Shown: positions 37,983-50,989, counted from the stretch's first letter. The stretch: 64,000 bases of DNA from Vicinamibacterales bacterium (GCA_036507475.1 DATCJA010000021.1:9402-73401); one strand, 5' to 3'. Translations and numbers: made by a program. The notes: generated by a model not told the origin, from the letters alone.

Positions 37983-38876
37983 ATGCGGTTTTCAGCCTTG
38001 ATCGGTGCCCTGCTCGTTGCTGCTGGCGCGGTATCGGCACAGCAGGGGCCGGCGCAGTTCTCAGACGCGTGGTATCAGCAGTTCCGTGGTCCCTACAGCG
38101 CGCCCGTGGAGCCGTTCCGGATCGTCGGCAACATCCATTACGTTGGCGGCGCGAACATCTCGTCGTATCTGATCACCACTCCACAGGGACACATTCTCAT
38201 CGACACGGGCATGAAGGAGATGCACGAGGTGATCAAGAACAGCGTGGCCAAGCTTGGCTTCAAGACATCGGACATCAAGATCATGCTCTCCAGTCACGCG
38301 CATTTCGATCACATCGAGGGTCATGCGGCCATGAAGAAGTTGACCGGTGCGCAGGTGATGGCGATGGCCGGCGACGCTCAGGCGCTCGAGGCGGGTAAGG
38401 ACAACTCGGCGCTCGGCGCCATTGGCTGGGAGCCTGTCAAGGTCGACCGGGTGCTGAAGCATGGCGACACGGTGTCGCTTGGCGGAACGACGCTGCGTGC
38501 GCTGCACACGCCTGGACATACGCAGGGAGCGACGACCTGGATTACGACGGTGCAGGACAAAGGTCGTCAGTACGCGGTGGGATTCCTGGGCGGCACAACG
38601 CCGAACGGTGGCGTTCCACTGTTCGACAATCCACGCCACAAGGCGGTCGTCGCGGACACGCAGCGCACGTTCAAGACACTGAAGGCGGAGAAGGCGCCCG
38701 ATATCTATCTCGTGGGACACCCGCAGGCGATGTTTGCCGGCAAGGTGGAGCGCATCAAGGCGGGCGAGACGCCGCATCCTCTTCTGAACGGCGACGCATG
38801 GACGAAGCAGATCGTGGACGGGGAAGCGAACTTCGAAAAGCGCGTGGCGGAGGAACGCGCAAAGCTCAGACGGTAG
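37983..38876 (+). CDS. Subclass B3-type metallo-beta-lactamase-fold hydrolase, secreted
   Basis: Signal MRFSALIGALLVAAGAVSA. IHYVGGANISSYLITTPQGHILID, SHAHFDH (HxHxDH) and LHTPGHTQGATTW are typical of B3 enzymes. Confidence 0.8.
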   Translation: MRFSALIGALLVAAGAVSAQQGPAQFSDAWYQQFRGPYSAPVEPFRIVGNIHYVGGANISSYLITTPQGHILIDTGMKEMHEVIKNSVAKLGFKTSDIKIMLSSHAHFDHIEGHAAMKKLTGAQVMAMAGDAQALEAGKDNSALGAIGWEPVKVDRVLKHGDTVSLGGTTLRALHTPGHTQGATTWITTVQDKGRQYAVGFLGGTTPNGGVPLFDNPRHKAVVADTQRTFKTLKAEKAPDIYLVGHPQAMFAGKVERIKAGETPHPLLNGDAWTKQIVDGEANFEKRVAEERAKLRR

Positions 38877-38924
38877 CCCTAATTTCTTTGTGTCGCGGGT
38901 CCCGCGCGCATATGATGACGGCGT

Positions 38925-41594
38925 TTGGCCGCCCTCGCCCCAGGCACCCGCCTCGGCGCCTACGAAGTCACCGCGCAGATCGGCGAAGGCGGAATGGGCC
39001 AGGTGTACCGGGCAACGGACACCAGGCTGAAACGTCAGGTCGCCATCAAGATCCTGCCGCCATCGCTCGCAGGCGATTCCGATCGGCTGGCGCGTTTTCA
39101 GCGCGAAGCGGAAGTGCTCGCCTCCCTGAATCATCCGCACATCGCCGCCATCCATGGGCTGGAGGACGCCGACGGCGTCACGGCGCTCGTTATGGAGTTG
39201 GTCGAGGGCGACGATGTGTCTCAGCGGATTGCGCGCGGCGCAATTCCCCTGGACGAAGCGCTGCCGATTGCAAAGCAAATCGCCGAGGCGCTCGAAGCGG
39301 CGCACGAGCAGGGCATCATCCACCGCGATCTCAAGCCTGCCAACATCAAAGTGCGGCCCGATGGCACGGTCAAGGTGCTCGACTTCGGTCTGGCGAAAGC
39401 GCTGGAGCCAGGGGGGAGTGGGCAGGCGACGGGTAGCGTCCCGCTGTCGATGTCGCCGACGATGATGAGCCCCGCGATGATGACCGGTGCGGGCATGATT
39501 CTCGGCACGGCCGCCTACATGAGCCCAGAGCAGGCGCGCGGAAGGCCGGTTGACCAGCGTGGAGACATCTGGGCCTTTGGTTGTGTGTTGTACGAAATGT
39601 TGACCGGTCGCCGCGTGTTCGAGACGGGTGAGACGGTCTCGGATGCGGTCGCGGCGATCCTCACACGTGAACCCGATTGGACTGCGCTGCGGCCGGATGT
39701 TCCCCTTTCGATTCGCGCGCTGCTCCGCCGCTGCCTGCAGAAAGACCCCAATCGCCGCGTGCACCATATCGCGGACGCCCGCCTCGAACTGGAGGAGGCG
39801 ATCACCGGTCCATCGGAGCCTGCGAATGACATCGTCCGAGCGGCGGGGGCGCCGACAGTATGGATGCGTGCGGTCCCCTGGGCGGCGGCGGCGCTCGCGG
39901 TGATTGTCGCGGTCTGGGCGCTGTGGAGTTCATCCCCTGTCCGCCAGTCAGGCACGGCACCGGTCAGGCGCCTGGAGCTGAACCTGCCGGCTGGTGTCGA
40001 GCTGTTTACGGCTTCAACCCGCACCGTGGCTGTGTCTCCAGACGGCTCACGCCTGGCGTTTGTCGGCATTCTCGGCGGAAGTCGGCAAGTCTACGTCCGC
40101 CCGCTCGATCAGTTCGAAGCCACACCGCTCCGGGGAAGTGACGGCGCCACCGCGTGCTTCTTTTCGCCGGATGGTCAGTCGATCGGACTCGTGACCGCCG
40201 CTGGCGTGTTGAAGACCGTATCGCTCGCTGACGGCCTGGTGACGACTGTCGTCGGCGATGCCAGCCTCCTCTACGGCGCCGCGTGGACCCTCGGCGATCA
40301 GATCATCTTCGTTCGTGCCGGCGCCCTGTGGCAGGTGCCTCGAGCGGGGGGCACGCCGCGTTCGCTGACGATGTTGGGCGGCGAGATGCACGACACGCTC
40401 CACGCCTGGCCCGTCATGCTTCCAGACGGCAAGACGGCGTTGTTTGGCGCAGCCTCCGGTGATCGTTGGCGTATCGATTCGTTAGTGCCGGCCACCGGTG
40501 AGCGGCGCACCGTGGTGGAGCAGGGAACCCTGCCGCTCTATGCCGCCAGCGGGCATCTGGTGTTCTTCCGGAATGGCGAGCTGCTTGCCGCGCCGTTCGA
40601 CGCGGCTCGCCTGCAGGTAACGGGTCCCGCGGTTCAAGCCCTCAACAATCTTCCAGCGTCTGTCTCCGGCGTTCCCGTCGTGGACGTGTCGTCCTCGGGG
40701 ACGGCGGTGTATGCGCCGACGAACGCTGTGAGCCGTCTGGTGTGGGTGTCGCGACAGGGTGTGGAACAGCCGCTGAACAACACGCTCCGCAGCTATGCGA
40801 ATCCCCGTCTGTCGCCCGACGGTACGCGCGTGCTCGTCCAGGCGGGTGATTTGTGGCTGCAGGACCTCGCGCGTTCGACGTTCACGCGTCTCACGTCGAG
40901 AGACGCGGTGACCAACGGATTCCCCGCGTGGGCGCCTGACGGTCGCCGCGTCATGTATCGGACGCCGAACGGCCTGAGGGTGCAGGACACCGACGGCGGG
41001 GGCGAGGGAGAAGTGATCGCGGAGACATCGGAATTCGATTATCCCGGCTCGTTGACCCCGGATGGAGAGACGTTAATCTTCCTGCGCAGCTCACAGGAGA
41101 CCTCGTTCGACATTTTCGCGCTCCCGCTTCGCGATCCGTCCAGGATGCGGCCGCTGCTTACCACCACCGCGTACGAGGGCGGCGCGCAGCTGTCGCCCGA
41201 CGGCCGGTGGCTGACCTACATCTCGAATGACACGGGACAGAATGAGGTCTATCTGCGTCCATTCGCGGGCCCTCAGCGGCAGTGGCAGATCTCGACTGAA
41301 GGCGGCACGCAGGCGATCTGGAACCCCAACGGCAGGGAGATCTTCTATCGCAACGGCGACAAGATGATGGTGGTCGAGATCTCAACCACTCCCGACGTGA
41401 CACTCGCGCCGCCGCGAGTCCTCTTCGAGCAGCAATACGCGTTCGGCGCCGGCATCACGATCGCCAACTATGATGTATCGCGCGACGGGCAGCGCTTCAT
41501 CATGGTCAAGAATGAATCGAGTGCTGCCCGGTTGAACGTGGTGCTGAACTGGTTTTCCGATCTCACGCGCCTGGCGCCCGTGGCTGGACGTTGA
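38925..41594 (+). CDS. Ser/Thr protein kinase fused to a TM segment and TolB-like WD40 beta-propeller repeats
   Basis: [20 protein letters not shown]...[23 protein letters not shown], and APE-like YMSPEQ. The C-terminal half has repeated SPDG...(L/I)(A/T)(F/Y) propeller blades. TTG start. Confidence 0.85.
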   Translation: MAALAPGTRLGAYEVTAQIGEGGMGQVYRATDTRLKRQVAIKILPPSLAGDSDRLARFQREAEVLASLNHPHIAAIHGLEDADGVTALVMELVEGDDVSQRIARGAIPLDEALPIAKQIAEALEAAHEQGIIHRDLKPANIKVRPDGTVKVLDFGLAKALEPGGSGQATGSVPLSMSPTMMSPAMMTGAGMILGTAAYMSPEQARGRPVDQRGDIWAFGCVLYEMLTGRRVFETGETVSDAVAAILTREPDWTALRPDVPLSIRALLRRCLQKDPNRRVHHIADARLELEEAITGPSEPANDIVRAAGAPTVWMRAVPWAAAALAVIVAVWALWSSSPVRQSGTAPVRRLELNLPAGVELFTASTRTVAVSPDGSRLAFVGILGGSRQVYVRPLDQFEATPLRGSDGATACFFSPDGQSIGLVTAAGVLKTVSLADGLVTTVVGDASLLYGAAWTLGDQIIFVRAGALWQVPRAGGTPRSLTMLGGEMHDTLHAWPVMLPDGKTALFGAASGDRWRIDSLVPATGERRTVVEQGTLPLYAASGHLVFFRNGELLAAPFDAARLQVTGPAVQALNNLPASVSGVPVVDVSSSGTAVYAPTNAVSRLVWVSRQGVEQPLNNTLRSYANPRLSPDGTRVLVQAGDLWLQDLARSTFTRLTSRDAVTNGFPAWAPDGRRVMYRTPNGLRVQDTDGGGEGEVIAETSEFDYPGSLTPDGETLIFLRSSQETSFDIFALPLRDPSRMRPLLTTTAYEGGAQLSPDGRWLTYISNDTGQNEVYLRPFAGPQRQWQISTEGGTQAIWNPNGREIFYRNGDKMMVVEISTTPDVTLAPPRVLFEQQYAFGAGITIANYDVSRDGQRFIMVKNESSAARLNVVLNWFSDLTRLAPVAGR

Positions 41595-41718
41595 GTGAGT
41601 CGGCCCGTCCAGCGGCCCTGCCGCGACCGAAGAGGCGCACATTCTCGGTCAACGAGATCCGCGCCTCATCGTTCGCTATACCCTTTCGGTGCGGCGGCTT
41701 CACCGCCTGCTGCGGGGC

Positions 41719-41925
41719 CTAGACAACCCTGACGTTCTCGCCTCTCGGTCCCTTCGGACCCTGTCCCCGCTCGAAGGTGACGTTTTGTCCTTCGCGAAGC
41801 TCATCGAATGGTGTCTGAGCGCAGGCGGAGTTGTGGAAGAAGTACTCGTTGCCGTCGCTCGCCGCGATGAAGCCGAAGCCTTTGTCGCTGATGAGCCGTT
41901 TGATCGTGCCATTCATAGGTGCCAT
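41719..41925 (-). CDS. Cold-shock domain protein (CspA family)
   Basis: MAPMNGTIKRLISDKGFGFIAASDGNEYFFHNS contains the RNP1 (KGFGFI) and RNP2-like (FFH) motifs. GGAAGGAAAG lies upstream of ATG 41925. Confidence 0.9.
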   Translation of the reverse strand: MAPMNGTIKRLISDKGFGFIAASDGNEYFFHNSACAQTPFDELREGQNVTFERGQGPKGPRGENVRVV

Positions 41926-42069
41926 GCTCTTTCCTTCCAAGTCGAACGGATTACTCAAATGCGCGTGACACTGTGGCGACGAACTCGTCTCTGATGGTGT
42001 CCGACGCGCGGCCGAAGGCCGGTCGGCGCTAGACAAACGCAGGCAGGCTCAGGTCTTGAACGAATACTG

Positions 42070-42098
42070 AGTATACCCCTTGATTCCTCCCTGCTCAA
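42070..42098 (-). promoter_or_regulatory. Sigma-70-type promoter candidate for the cold-shock gene
   Basis: The minus strand reads TTGAGC, then a 17-nt spacer, then TATACT. This predicts a 5' leader of roughly 135-140 nt, which fits csp genes. Confidence 0.45.
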
Positions 42099-42115
42099 TA
42101 GCTCGTGCGGTCCAG

Positions 42116-45100
42116 CTAAGACGCGGCTCGACGGGAGTCCGCTCCCTGAGCGCCGACAGACGACGCGTGCGGCTCCTCTGATGAGATGCCGACGCCAAGC
42201 ACCGCCACGATCTCGTGGGTTTGGCCGTCGTCAACCAGCGGGATAGCCCGTGGGTCCACGGTCAGGCCGTCGACCTCTACTGATCGGACACCGCGGCACT
42301 GGCGCTCTGGATTCATCACGGTCATGTGATAGGTGCTGCCTCCGTGCTTCAAGTCAATCGAGTACTGTGGCCACATCGCCGGGATGCACGGATCGATCGT
42401 GAACGTCTCGCCACTGCGCCGCAGGCCGAGGAGGCCGCCGATTGCGACCTGATACATCCACGCGGCAGAACCCGTGTACCAGGTCCATCCCCCGCGTCCG
42501 ATGTGCATCGGATGCGCATAGACGTCGGCGGCGACAATGTACGGCTCGGCGCGGTACCGGTCGAGACCCTCCTGGCTTCGCATGTGGTTGACCGGATTGA
42601 TCATGTGGAACAGTTCCATTGCTTCGTCGCCAAGGCCCAGGCGCGCGAGCGCGAGGACCGTCCAGAGGGCTGCGTGCGTATACTGGCCGCCGTTCTCTCT
42701 CACGCCGGGTAGATAGCCCTTGATGTAGCCCGGATCGTGGGTCATGTGATCGAAGGGCGGCGTCAGGAGCAGCACCAGTTGCGCATCTCGGCGGACGAGA
42801 TGGGCGCGGACAGCCTGCATCGCGCGTTCGGCTCGGCCGCGGTCGCCCGCCTCCGAGAGCACGGCCCAGGACTGCGTCAGTGAGTCCAGCCGGCATTCGT
42901 CGTTCTGTGCAGAACCGAGCGGCATCCCATCGTCGAAGTACGCGCGGCGATACCAGTCACCGTCCCACGCCAGTTCCAACATGCCGATCAGCCACCCCGC
43001 CTCGCCGCGATATCGCCGGGCGAGATCGTGACGGCCCCGGCGTTCGCACAGCGCCGCGAAGGTGTTCATGACGACGACCAGGAACCACCCGAGCCAGACG
43101 CTCTCGCCGCGTCCCTCGTGCCCAACGCGGTTCATCCCATCGTTCCAGTCGCCCGAGCCCATCAGCGGCAAGCCGTGAACGCCGTACCGCGTGCTGCGAT
43201 CGATGGCGCGGCGCGCATGCTCGAAAATCGTGGCGCGCTCCTGCGACGCCGAAGGCAGGTAGTACGCCTCGGTCTGTCCGGGCTCCAGAAGTGGCGCCTC
43301 GAGGAACGGGACCTCTTCGTCGAGGACCGAATCATCGCCCGTGACGTCAACGTAAGCGGCCAGCGCGTACGGCAGCCACAATAGGTCGTCCGAGCAGCGC
43401 GTTCGTGTCCCGCGTCCGCTCGGCGGATGCCACCAATGCTGCACGTCGCCTTCCGTAAACTGTCGCGACGCCGCCCGAAGCAGATGCGCCCGGCTGATGT
43501 CCGGACGCGCGTGCAGGAGCGCGAGCACGTCCTGAAGCTGATCGCGGAAGCCGAAGGCACCGCCAGGCTGATACGGACCGCTGCGCGCCCAGATTCGGCA
43601 GCTCAACGTCTGATATAGCAGCCACCGATTGACCATCAGGTCGAACGAGTCGTCGGGCGTGCGGACTTGAATGGCGCCGAGCGTGTCCTCCCAGAATCGG
43701 TCCGAGCGCTCGAGCGCTGCCACGGCGTTACCGACCGTCGAATAGCGCTTCGCCAGATCGACCGCATGGGTAACGTTGAGTCCCTGCCCTAACACGAACG
43801 CCACGCGATGGGATGCACCAGCCTCGATCTCGAGGCCAAGCTGAAGGGCAGCGCACGGGTCGAGGCCGGCGCCGGCACGCCCCGCAAGCCGGTCGCGGAA
43901 GAGCGCCGCGGGACGGGCGAGCGTGCGATGCCGTCCGATGAATTCCGTGCGATCGCACGTGTACGAACGAGACGCCTCGGTGGCGTGCCAGAACGCTACG
44001 TGTTCCTGGAACTCGGTGTTGTACCTATTCCGGGCGAGGATGGCGCCGGTTGTCTCGTCGATCTCAGTTACGACGAAGCGCCGCTCGCCCGCGCGGGGGG
44101 GACCCAGGCACCATTCGACGTACCCGTAAACGCTGAGGCGCCGCTTCGCCGACGAAGTGTTCGTGAGTGTCAGGACCGCCACCTTCACCGGATCGTCGGG
44201 CGGCACGAATACCACGAGTTCCTGGTCCAAGCCGTCCACGCCATGCTGGTAACGTGTCACACCTGCGCCATGACGTATCACCCAGCGGCCTCCGTCAGGC
44301 TCGCGTGGGAGCGGCCCCGGCGTCGCTCCCCAGACGGCGCCGGAATCCTCATCGCGCACGTAAATCGCCTCACCCGTGGGATCTCGAACCGGATCGTTGG
44401 CAAAGGGAGTGAGCCGGTTCTCGCGGCTGTTCGCGTTCCAGGTGAAGGCGGAGCCGGAGCAGCTCACCATGGTGCCGAAATCCGGATTCGCAATCACGTT
44501 CGACCAGGGAAGCGGAGTCTCGCGTTCGCCCTCCAGCACGACGACGTATTCCCGGCCGTCGGACGTGAACCCTCCGACGCCGTTTTCCATCACGAGTGGC
44601 GGAACCGTAACTGGCGTAGCGGCGGGGCCGGGACGGCGCAGCTTCGCGGAGGGTGGCACGTGGTCTTCCGAAGAGATCCACGGCGCCTGACGATCGAGCT
44701 GCCGGGCCAGATCACCCAGGTCATCGCGCAGCACTGCCCGCGCAACGGCCGCCAACAACCGGCGATCGGGCCCGGGCATTCCGTCGGTCCTCAGCAGAAA
44801 CATGCCGCCGAGCTTGTTCTTCCATCCCGCCCATCGCGCCTCGTCGACGAGATTGGTAAGCATCCCCTGCACTTCGTCGAGATACTCCACAGGATGCTCG
44901 TTGAGAATCACGAAGTCGGCGCGGAGGCCTTTGACGCGCCAGTACTCCTGCGCATGCAGCACCTGCCGCACCAGGGGGAGCCCGCTCGCCGCCGTCACGC
45001 GAACGAGGACGATGGGGAGGTCGCCGGAGATCCCGTAGCCCCACAAGTCCGCCTGTCCGAGCGTGTTGAGCGAGAGGTCCTCCGGACTGGTGCATGTGAT

Positions 45101-48100
45101 GTCGGGGCCAAAAACGCGCGAGGCGAGCCGATCGAAGAGGATGGCGTAATCGTCGGTCAATCCGAGATGCTGCAACGTGATGTGCACGTGCGTGAACGCC
45201 ATCGAGAAGGCGCGCGCCGCGGCGCTGCCGTCGCGGTATTTTCGCAGCAGCGCGAGCGCAGTGGCGCGGTCCGGGGCGACGCCGGTCGCAAACGTGACGC
45301 GCACGAATGCGCCGGGCGCCAGCCGTACCCGCTCCCGGAGCGCCGCTACGGGATCCAGCACCGCTCCGGTCGTACCCGACAGCGCCCTGTCCTCGAGGGC
45401 GAGCGGGGCGGCAACCGACCGCCCGCGGCCGAGGAAGCGTGCACGATCGGTTTCTCGCTCGACGGCGCCGCCGAGCCGTCCGTCGATGCTCAGCACGTGG
45501 AACGCCCAGACGGGCGCTTCGCCTGAAGCCCGCGGGCGCCGACTGAAGAGCAAGCCCGCACTCTGGGCGTCGTACTCCGTCTCGATGAAAAGCTTACCGA
45601 ACGCTGGGTGTGCCAGGTCGTCATCGGGGTGTGCGAGCACGATCTCCGCGTAGCTCGTGACCTCGATCTCGCGCGGCCGATCCCCCCGGTTCGTGAGCGC
45701 CAGACGACGCACCTCCACGTCGTCTTCCGGCGACACCGCCACTTGGAGCTGCGTTTCGAAATCACCGTCGCGCCGGCGAAACGTCACTTTATCGAGCTCG
45801 AGCGCGGCTTCGTACTCGTCCGGTTCGCCGCAGACCGGGAAATACGTGGGTGACCAGACCTCGCCCGACCACGCGTCGCGCAGGTAGACCACGTGCGCGC
45901 CAGCGTCAGACGTGCGGTCTTCCCGCTGTCGGGTGACTGCCAGCCCGTTCCACATGCTGTAGCCGCCACCAGCATGCGTCAACGCGGCGGTATATCGGCC
46001 GTTCGAGAGGAAATGTGTGTGCGGATTGGCGGTGTGCGGTGATCGGAAGCGTCTCAATGCCAGCACGGGGATCGCCGCTGGCGCCGTCGTACCTTCCGCC
46101 GGCCGCGGCTCCGAGAGGATTGCCTCCCGGGGCACACGCTCCTGGAGCAGGAGCTCGGAGGCCTCGACGCGCGGGTCCGCGTGAAAGCGCGCGACGAACG
46201 CGTCGCCGCACACCACGTTGGCCAGCGCCACGAGGGACATTCCCTGATGGTGAGCGAAGAACGCGCGCACCACGGCCGGACGCGCCTCGGTGCCGCGTGG
46301 CGTCGCGTCGGAGTCGATCTCGTAGCGTGGCCTGAAGTCGATCGCTTCGTAGAAACCGAATCGGCCGTCGAGCCCCGCGCGCGTCAGACGCAGGAGGTTG
46401 GCTGCCGCGGCGGCAGGATCGATGAGGCTCGCAAGCACCGTGGCATAGGGGGCGACGACGAGATCGTCCGCCAGTCCGCGCTTCAATCCAAGGCTCGGTA
46501 CGCCGAACGCCTTGTATTGATAGTTGCCCGCGCGATCCGTCAGCGCGTAGGCGGACTCGGAGATCCCCCAGGGGACGCCGTGCTGCCGTCCGTAGTCGAT
46601 CTGACGCCGGAGACTGGCGCGGCAGCTCTGGTCCAGCAGCGTGCCCGGAAATCCCCGCATCAGCAGCAGGGGCATCAGGTACTCGAACATCGTTCCGCCC
46701 CACGACATGAGCGTCGCGCGGCCGTTGATGTTCGTCACGAGGCGCCCGAGGTGAAACCAGTGGTCCTGCGCGACGTCGCCCTTCGCGATGGCAACGAAGC
46801 TCGCCAGCCGAGCCTCGGACGCCAGCAGGTCGTAAAAGGCGCCGTCCAGACGGCCGGGACCGTCGGCGTCGGCGAGGCGATAGCCGATCGAGAAGATGCG
46901 CCGGCGACGGTCATACAGGAAATCGAACCGCATGGCGTCAGCGAGCGTCGAGGCTCGCCGCGCTAAGGCATGGAGCCCGGCGGTGGGCGGAGCGGCCGGG
47001 TTGCGCAGCGCGCGCACGGTGTCGACAACGGCCAAAGACCAGAATGCGATGTCACCGGCGCTCTGGCGTACGTTCGTGTCCTCGAACACGCTCGAGGCCG
47101 TCTCGAGCTCGCGCGCCAGCGATTCGAGCCTGGCCGCACCATCCAGCGCTCTGGCGTCGAGAGCAATCGCGCGGGCCAGTCGCGCGATGTCGCGGACCGC
47201 CTGGCGGCGTCCGGCATCCGCGTCGGTGTCCGACGAACAGGCGGCCCTCAACAGATCCGCGGCATCGATGAGCCCGGCAAGGAGTCGAGCCGGGGGCTGC
47301 GGCTCTGCGGCCAGACGCTCCAACCCGTGCGCGATCGTTATGAGGGATGCCGCCAGGTTGCCGCTGTCGACAGTAGAGACGTACCGCGGATGAAGCGGTG
47401 CGCGGGTGACGGTGTCATACCAGTTCAGGTAGTGCCCCGCGAACCGTTCCAGGCCTTCGAGCGTCGTCAGGGTTGCATCGAGCCGTCGGACGAGCGCGTT
47501 CGTCGTGAGATAGCCGAGGTCGTGGGCGGCGAGCGTGGAGAGAAGGCCCATGGCGATGTTCGTCGGCGATGTACGTCGCGCCAGCTTGGGCTCGTCTCCG
47601 CCTTCCTGCCAGTTGTCCGCCGGCAGCCAGCCGTCGGCTTCCGTCATGAACGTCTCGAAGTACCGCCATGTTTTGCGGGCCGTTCTCCTCAGCAGGGCAC
47701 GTTCGCGGTCTCCGAGCGGTCGCTCGCGCGGTCCCGTCGGCAAACTGAGCCAATACGCGATCCCGGGGGCGAGCGTCCACAGCAGCAGAAAGGGCGCGGC
47801 CGTCGAGAGCGCGCCGCTGTTGGTCGAGAGGATGATCAGCGTTACCGCGACGGCAATCATCGGGCTGGCGCCCATGCCTGCACCAAACCGCAACAAGCCG
47901 CTGCGGCCTGCGATTCCGCCGGTACGGGCGGCCGACGTTGCGGCGGTCTCCCATTCGAGCAGCCCGTGCCTGGTGACGAGGAGACGCGCCAGCGTCACTC
48001 CGATCGCATGGGTTGCATCCCACGCGTAATAGGCCAGGAACGTCAGGCCGAGGAGCACCTGCGCCAGCGCCGTCGCGGCGTCTTCGCGCAGGTTGCGCCA

Positions 48101-50674
48101 GAACACTGGAAACGACTGCGCTTTGCGCGGCCCGACGAGCAGCCGCGCGAGCAGCGGCAGGAGCTGCGAGGCGAGCACGACAAGCACGGCGGTGTTCCAG
48201 AACCAGCGGGGACCGGGCAGCACGATCCAGCCCGCCACGAGCATCGCCAGCAGCGCCGGCGTGACGAGGCTGCGGCGCAGGTTGTCGAGGATCTTCCAGC
48301 GGCTGATGAGCGGCAGCGTGTTCCGCCTGATACCGTGGCGTGAGGGGACGAATGGCAGCAGCCACAACAGGATCTGCCAGTCGCCACGAATCCACCGGTG
48401 CTGCCGCCGCCCGTGGGCCAGGACGCTCGACGGATACTCGTCCACGAGCTCGACGTCGGACACGAGGGCCACGCGGGCATGCAGTCCTTCGAAGAGATCG
48501 TGCGACAGCAGAGTGTTCTCTGGGGCGATGTCCTCCAGCGCCGCCGCGAAGACATCGACGTCGTACAGTCCTTTGCCCGTGAAGATTCCCTCGCCGAACA
48601 GGTCCTGGTACGTGTCGGACACCGCCGTCGTGTACGGATCAACCCCGGTGTGGCCCGAGTACAGCCGGGCGAACAGCGACCCCGCGGCACTGCTGAACGT
48701 GACGCTGACGCGCGGTTGCAGGATGCCATAGCCGTCTGTGACCCTGCGGGCGCGCGCATCCATCGTGGGTCGGTTGAGGGGATGCGTGATGATGCCGATC
48801 AGTTGCCGTGCCGCCTCGCGGGGCAGGCGTGTGTCGCTGTCCAAGGTGATGCAGAAGCGCACGTGCGGCAGGATCGACAGATCGCCGACGGTGTCAACGA
48901 AGCTCGTATGAGTTGCGCCGCGCAGCAACCGGTTGAACTCTTCGATCTTTCCGCGCTTCCGCTCCCAGCCCATGAAGACGCCTTCCCGTTCGTTCCACTG
49001 CCTCGCGCGATGAAAGAGAAAAAAGCGGGTTGTTTCACCCGCGGCGTGCTTCGCGTTGAGGGCCTCGATGCCGGCCTGCGCTGCGGCGAGGATCTCTTCA
49101 TCGCCGGGCATCGTCGCCTTGGGCGCGTCGCGGAAGTCGCTCAGGATCGCAAAGTGGACGTGCGGGTCGACGTTGCCGACCGCTTGTACTTCGATGTGCG
49201 CCAGGAGATCCTGCACACCCGCCACACTGTCGATGAGCGTGGGCACGATCACCATTGTTCGGGCGTCTTCCGGCACCCGATCGAGGTCGAGCCGCGGCAG
49301 CCGCCGGGGCGGGATTACGTTGTTGATGACGCGCTGCAGGATCTGGATCGTCAGCTCGCTCGCAGGCACCACCGTCAGCAGGGCGACCGCGACAAGGGCC
49401 AGACCCCGCCATCCGTACAGGTAGGCGTAATTCACTGCCGCGAGGACAAACGTCAGGGTGCCAGCGGCGATGGTGCCGAGATAGCCGGCGGTGGCATACC
49501 GGAAGAAGAACCGGTGCATTCGAACTCGCGGGCCGGGCACCCAGCCGATGCCCTGCTCGAACTGGCGGCGGCCGCCGCCGACCAGGTAGTAGCCGACGTG
49601 CGCGCCACGGGCATCGGGCGTTCGCTCGGCAACCTGACGTGCGCGCTCGACGCTCTTCCGCGCCACGCGCACCTGGCCATCACCGGTCGGCTCCGCTACT
49701 TCTTCCACCGCCTGTCGGTAGCGATCGCGGCTGCGGAAGTCCATTCGGCTGTACACGCCGGCTGGATCGCGCTGGAGTACCTGTTCCACGAGGCTGACGC
49801 TCTCGAAGAACTCGCTCCAGTCGAACCAGGAGATGAGGCGGAGGCTGCCGATCAGATTGGCGACGAACGCCTGCTCAGCCGCTTGATGCTGTCCTTCCGC
49901 ACGGATGGCGTCTTCCACGGACTGCCCCTTGGCGGCGAGGGCAGCGTCGAGCTGATGGCGCACCGCTGCCGCGGCCGTGCCGTGCTCACGCGATCGCTGG
50001 AGGAGGCGGATCACGAACGCGGGATGTACGTGGAGGGGCACTCCAGAAGACCCCTCGGCGCGCTCGAGCGCGAGCGCAAACCGATCGGCATCGAGGCGGC
50101 GGGCACGGTTGGTGGCCAGGATATCCGCCCTGGCGCGCAGGGATGCGATCAGCGCCAGCCGGAGCGCAGTGGGCCACGCCCAGAGCTCCCCAATCGTCAG
50201 TGGCGTAATGGACTGAAAAGCGGTCACGAACCGTTGCAGCCGCTGGGCATCGAGGCGTCCGGCGCTGCATCGCACCAACTCGGAGGCGATGACGCAAATT
50301 CGTGGCTCGCCGGTGAACTCGTCGGCCGTCATGCGGGGGAGCCGGCGGTAGAAGGAAGGCGGCAGGTCGTGGCGAATGTCGCGAACAGCCGCGGAGATGA
50401 TGTGAAAGTTATCGAGAAGCCATTCGGCGGCGGGTGACAGCGGCTCGCCCCGGCGGGCGTCGTCGGCTAGCGCCGTGTACACGCTGCGCAGCATCCCCGC
50501 GTGACCGTCGAGACGACGCAGATGCACGTGGCCGCCGCCTCGCTGCCGCTGGGCCAGAGATAGGAGTGCGGCCAGACGCCTGGCCTGTTCTTCCAGCGGC
50601 TCGATCCCGAGCAGTTCCGCCTCACCGGTCGCCGACTCGCGGGTGCCCGCGAACTCCTGTACTGGCTGCGCCAT
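42116..50674 (-). CDS. ndvB: Cyclic beta-1,2-glucan synthase (NdvB/ChvB/Cgs family; GT84 glycosyltransferase plus GH94 phosphorylase-like region)
   Basis: A 2852-aa ORF. The N-terminal [13 protein letters not shown]...IRHDLP block, the central glycosyltransferase region with TM helices ([20 protein letters not shown]) and the C-terminal cellobiose-phosphorylase-like region (FGFRDQLQD..., [19 protein letters not shown]) match the Cgs architecture. Confidence 0.85.
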   Translation of the reverse strand: MAQPVQEFAGTRESATGEAELLGIEPLEEQARRLAALLSLAQRQRGGGHVHLRRLDGHAGMLRSVYTALADDARRGEPLSPAAEWLLDNFHIISAAVRDIRHDLPPSFYRRLPRMTADEFTGEPRICVIASELVRCSAGRLDAQRLQRFVTAFQSITPLTIGELWAWPTALRLALIASLRARADILATNRARRLDADRFALALERAEGSSGVPLHVHPAFVIRLLQRSREHGTAAAAVRHQLDAALAAKGQSVEDAIRAEGQHQAAEQAFVANLIGSLRLISWFDWSEFFESVSLVEQVLQRDPAGVYSRMDFRSRDRYRQAVEEVAEPTGDGQVRVARKSVERARQVAERTPDARGAHVGYYLVGGGRRQFEQGIGWVPGPRVRMHRFFFRYATAGYLGTIAAGTLTFVLAAVNYAYLYGWRGLALVAVALLTVVPASELTIQILQRVINNVIPPRRLPRLDLDRVPEDARTMVIVPTLIDSVAGVQDLLAHIEVQAVGNVDPHVHFAILSDFRDAPKATMPGDEEILAAAQAGIEALNAKHAAGETTRFFLFHRARQWNEREGVFMGWERKRGKIEEFNRLLRGATHTSFVDTVGDLSILPHVRFCITLDSDTRLPREAARQLIGIITHPLNRPTMDARARRVTDGYGILQPRVSVTFSSAAGSLFARLYSGHTGVDPYTTAVSDTYQDLFGEGIFTGKGLYDVDVFAAALEDIAPENTLLSHDLFEGLHARVALVSDVELVDEYPSSVLAHGRRQHRWIRGDWQILLWLLPFVPSRHGIRRNTLPLISRWKILDNLRRSLVTPALLAMLVAGWIVLPGPRWFWNTAVLVVLASQLLPLLARLLVGPRKAQSFPVFWRNLREDAATALAQVLLGLTFLAYYAWDATHAIGVTLARLLVTRHGLLEWETAATSAARTGGIAGRSGLLRFGAGMGASPMIAVAVTLIILSTNSGALSTAAPFLLLWTLAPGIAYWLSLPTGPRERPLGDRERALLRRTARKTWRYFETFMTEADGWLPADNWQEGGDEPKLARRTSPTNIAMGLLSTLAAHDLGYLTTNALVRRLDATLTTLEGLERFAGHYLNWYDTVTRAPLHPRYVSTVDSGNLAASLITIAHGLERLAAEPQPPARLLAGLIDAADLLRAACSSDTDADAGRRQAVRDIARLARAIALDARALDGAARLESLARELETASSVFEDTNVRQSAGDIAFWSLAVVDTVRALRNPAAPPTAGLHALARRASTLADAMRFDFLYDRRRRIFSIGYRLADADGPGRLDGAFYDLLASEARLASFVAIAKGDVAQDHWFHLGRLVTNINGRATLMSWGGTMFEYLMPLLLMRGFPGTLLDQSCRASLRRQIDYGRQHGVPWGISESAYALTDRAGNYQYKAFGVPSLGLKRGLADDLVVAPYATVLASLIDPAAAAANLLRLTRAGLDGRFGFYEAIDFRPRYEIDSDATPRGTEARPAVVRAFFAHHQGMSLVALANVVCGDAFVARFHADPRVEASELLLQERVPREAILSEPRPAEGTTAPAAIPVLALRRFRSPHTANPHTHFLSNGRYTAALTHAGGGYSMWNGLAVTRQREDRTSDAGAHVVYLRDAWSGEVWSPTYFPVCGEPDEYEAALELDKVTFRRRDGDFETQLQVAVSPEDDVEVRRLALTNRGDRPREIEVTSYAEIVLAHPDDDLAHPAFGKLFIETEYDAQSAGLLFSRRPRASGEAPVWAFHVLSIDGRLGGAVERETDRARFLGRGRSVAAPLALEDRALSGTTGAVLDPVAALRERVRLAPGAFVRVTFATGVAPDRATALALLRKYRDGSAAARAFSMAFTHVHITLQHLGLTDDYAILFDRLASRVFGPDITCTSPEDLSLNTLGQADLWGYGISGDLPIVLVRVTAASGLPLVRQVLHAQEYWRVKGLRADFVILNEHPVEYLDEVQGMLTNLVDEARWAGWKNKLGGMFLLRTDGMPGPDRRLLAAVARAVLRDDLGDLARQLDRQAPWISSEDHVPPSAKLRRPGPAATPVTVPPLVMENGVGGFTSDGREYVVVLEGERETPLPWSNVIANPDFGTMVSCSGSAFTWNANSRENRLTPFANDPVRDPTGEAIYVRDEDSGAVWGATPGPLPREPDGGRWVIRHGAGVTRYQHGVDGLDQELVVFVPPDDPVKVAVLTLTNTSSAKRRLSVYGYVEWCLGPPRAGERRFVVTEIDETTGAILARNRYNTEFQEHVAFWHATEASRSYTCDRTEFIGRHRTLARPAALFRDRLAGRAGAGLDPCAALQLGLEIEAGASHRVAFVLGQGLNVTHAVDLAKRYSTVGNAVAALERSDRFWEDTLGAIQVRTPDDSFDLMVNRWLLYQTLSCRIWARSGPYQPGGAFGFRDQLQDVLALLHARPDISRAHLLRAASRQFTEGDVQHWWHPPSGRGTRTRCSDDLLWLPYALAAYVDVTGDDSVLDEEVPFLEAPLLEPGQTEAYYLPSASQERATIFEHARRAIDRSTRYGVHGLPLMGSGDWNDGMNRVGHEGRGESVWLGWFLVVVMNTFAALCERRGRHDLARRYRGEAGWLIGMLELAWDGDWYRRAYFDDGMPLGSAQNDECRLDSLTQSWAVLSEAGDRGRAERAMQAVRAHLVRRDAQLVLLLTPPFDHMTHDPGYIKGYLPGVRENGGQYTHAALWTVLALARLGLGDEAMELFHMINPVNHMRSQEGLDRYRAEPYIVAADVYAHPMHIGRGGWTWYTGSAAWMYQVAIGGLLGLRRSGETFTIDPCIPAMWPQYSIDLKHGGSTYHMTVMNPERQCRGVRSVEVDGLTVDPRAIPLVDDGQTHEIVAVLGVGISSEEPHASSVGAQGADSRRAAS

Positions 50675-50842
50675 GTGTCTGTCCGACCGACCGCGGGCAC
50701 TCCGGCTCTCCGCGCCGCTCTACTTCACGAGGCGGAGACACGATCGTACATCGGCGCGCGTGACGTCGGTTGCTGCAGACGGTTCAGCTTGCGCGATCCC
50801 GTCTTCTAGCAGCGGCTTCCTCGCTCGACGCTCGAAGTCGGC

Positions 50843-50989
50843 TTACTTCAGATGCGACGCACGGTGCTCGGTGAGCCATTGCTCGCTCATCCACCCGAGC
50901 TGTCGGGCGTTCACGCCTCCTGGCACGCGTACCCTGCGGATGATCCCCGCGACCGTCAACGTGAGGAGAACGGCGATGGTGAGCATCAT
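50843..50989 (-). CDS. Possible 48-aa single-TM micro-protein upstream of the glucan synthase gene
   Basis: It is not in the ORF track because it is under 60 aa. It reads MMLTIAVLLTLTVAGIIRRVRVPGGVNARQLGWMSEQWLTEHRASHLK*. It has a hydrophobic N-terminus followed by basic residues and shares the strand of ndvB. Confidence 0.3.
   Translation of the reverse strand: MMLTIAVLLTLTVAGIIRRVRVPGGVNARQLGWMSEQWLTEHRASHLK

Noticed and set aside
43808-50437. Several long plus-strand ORFs (572, 457 and 679 aa) inside the ndvB region, and the 568-aa ORF at 38061-39767
   Set aside because: All lie antisense to genes with strong family signatures (glucan synthase, MBL, kinase) and have shadow-ORF composition.
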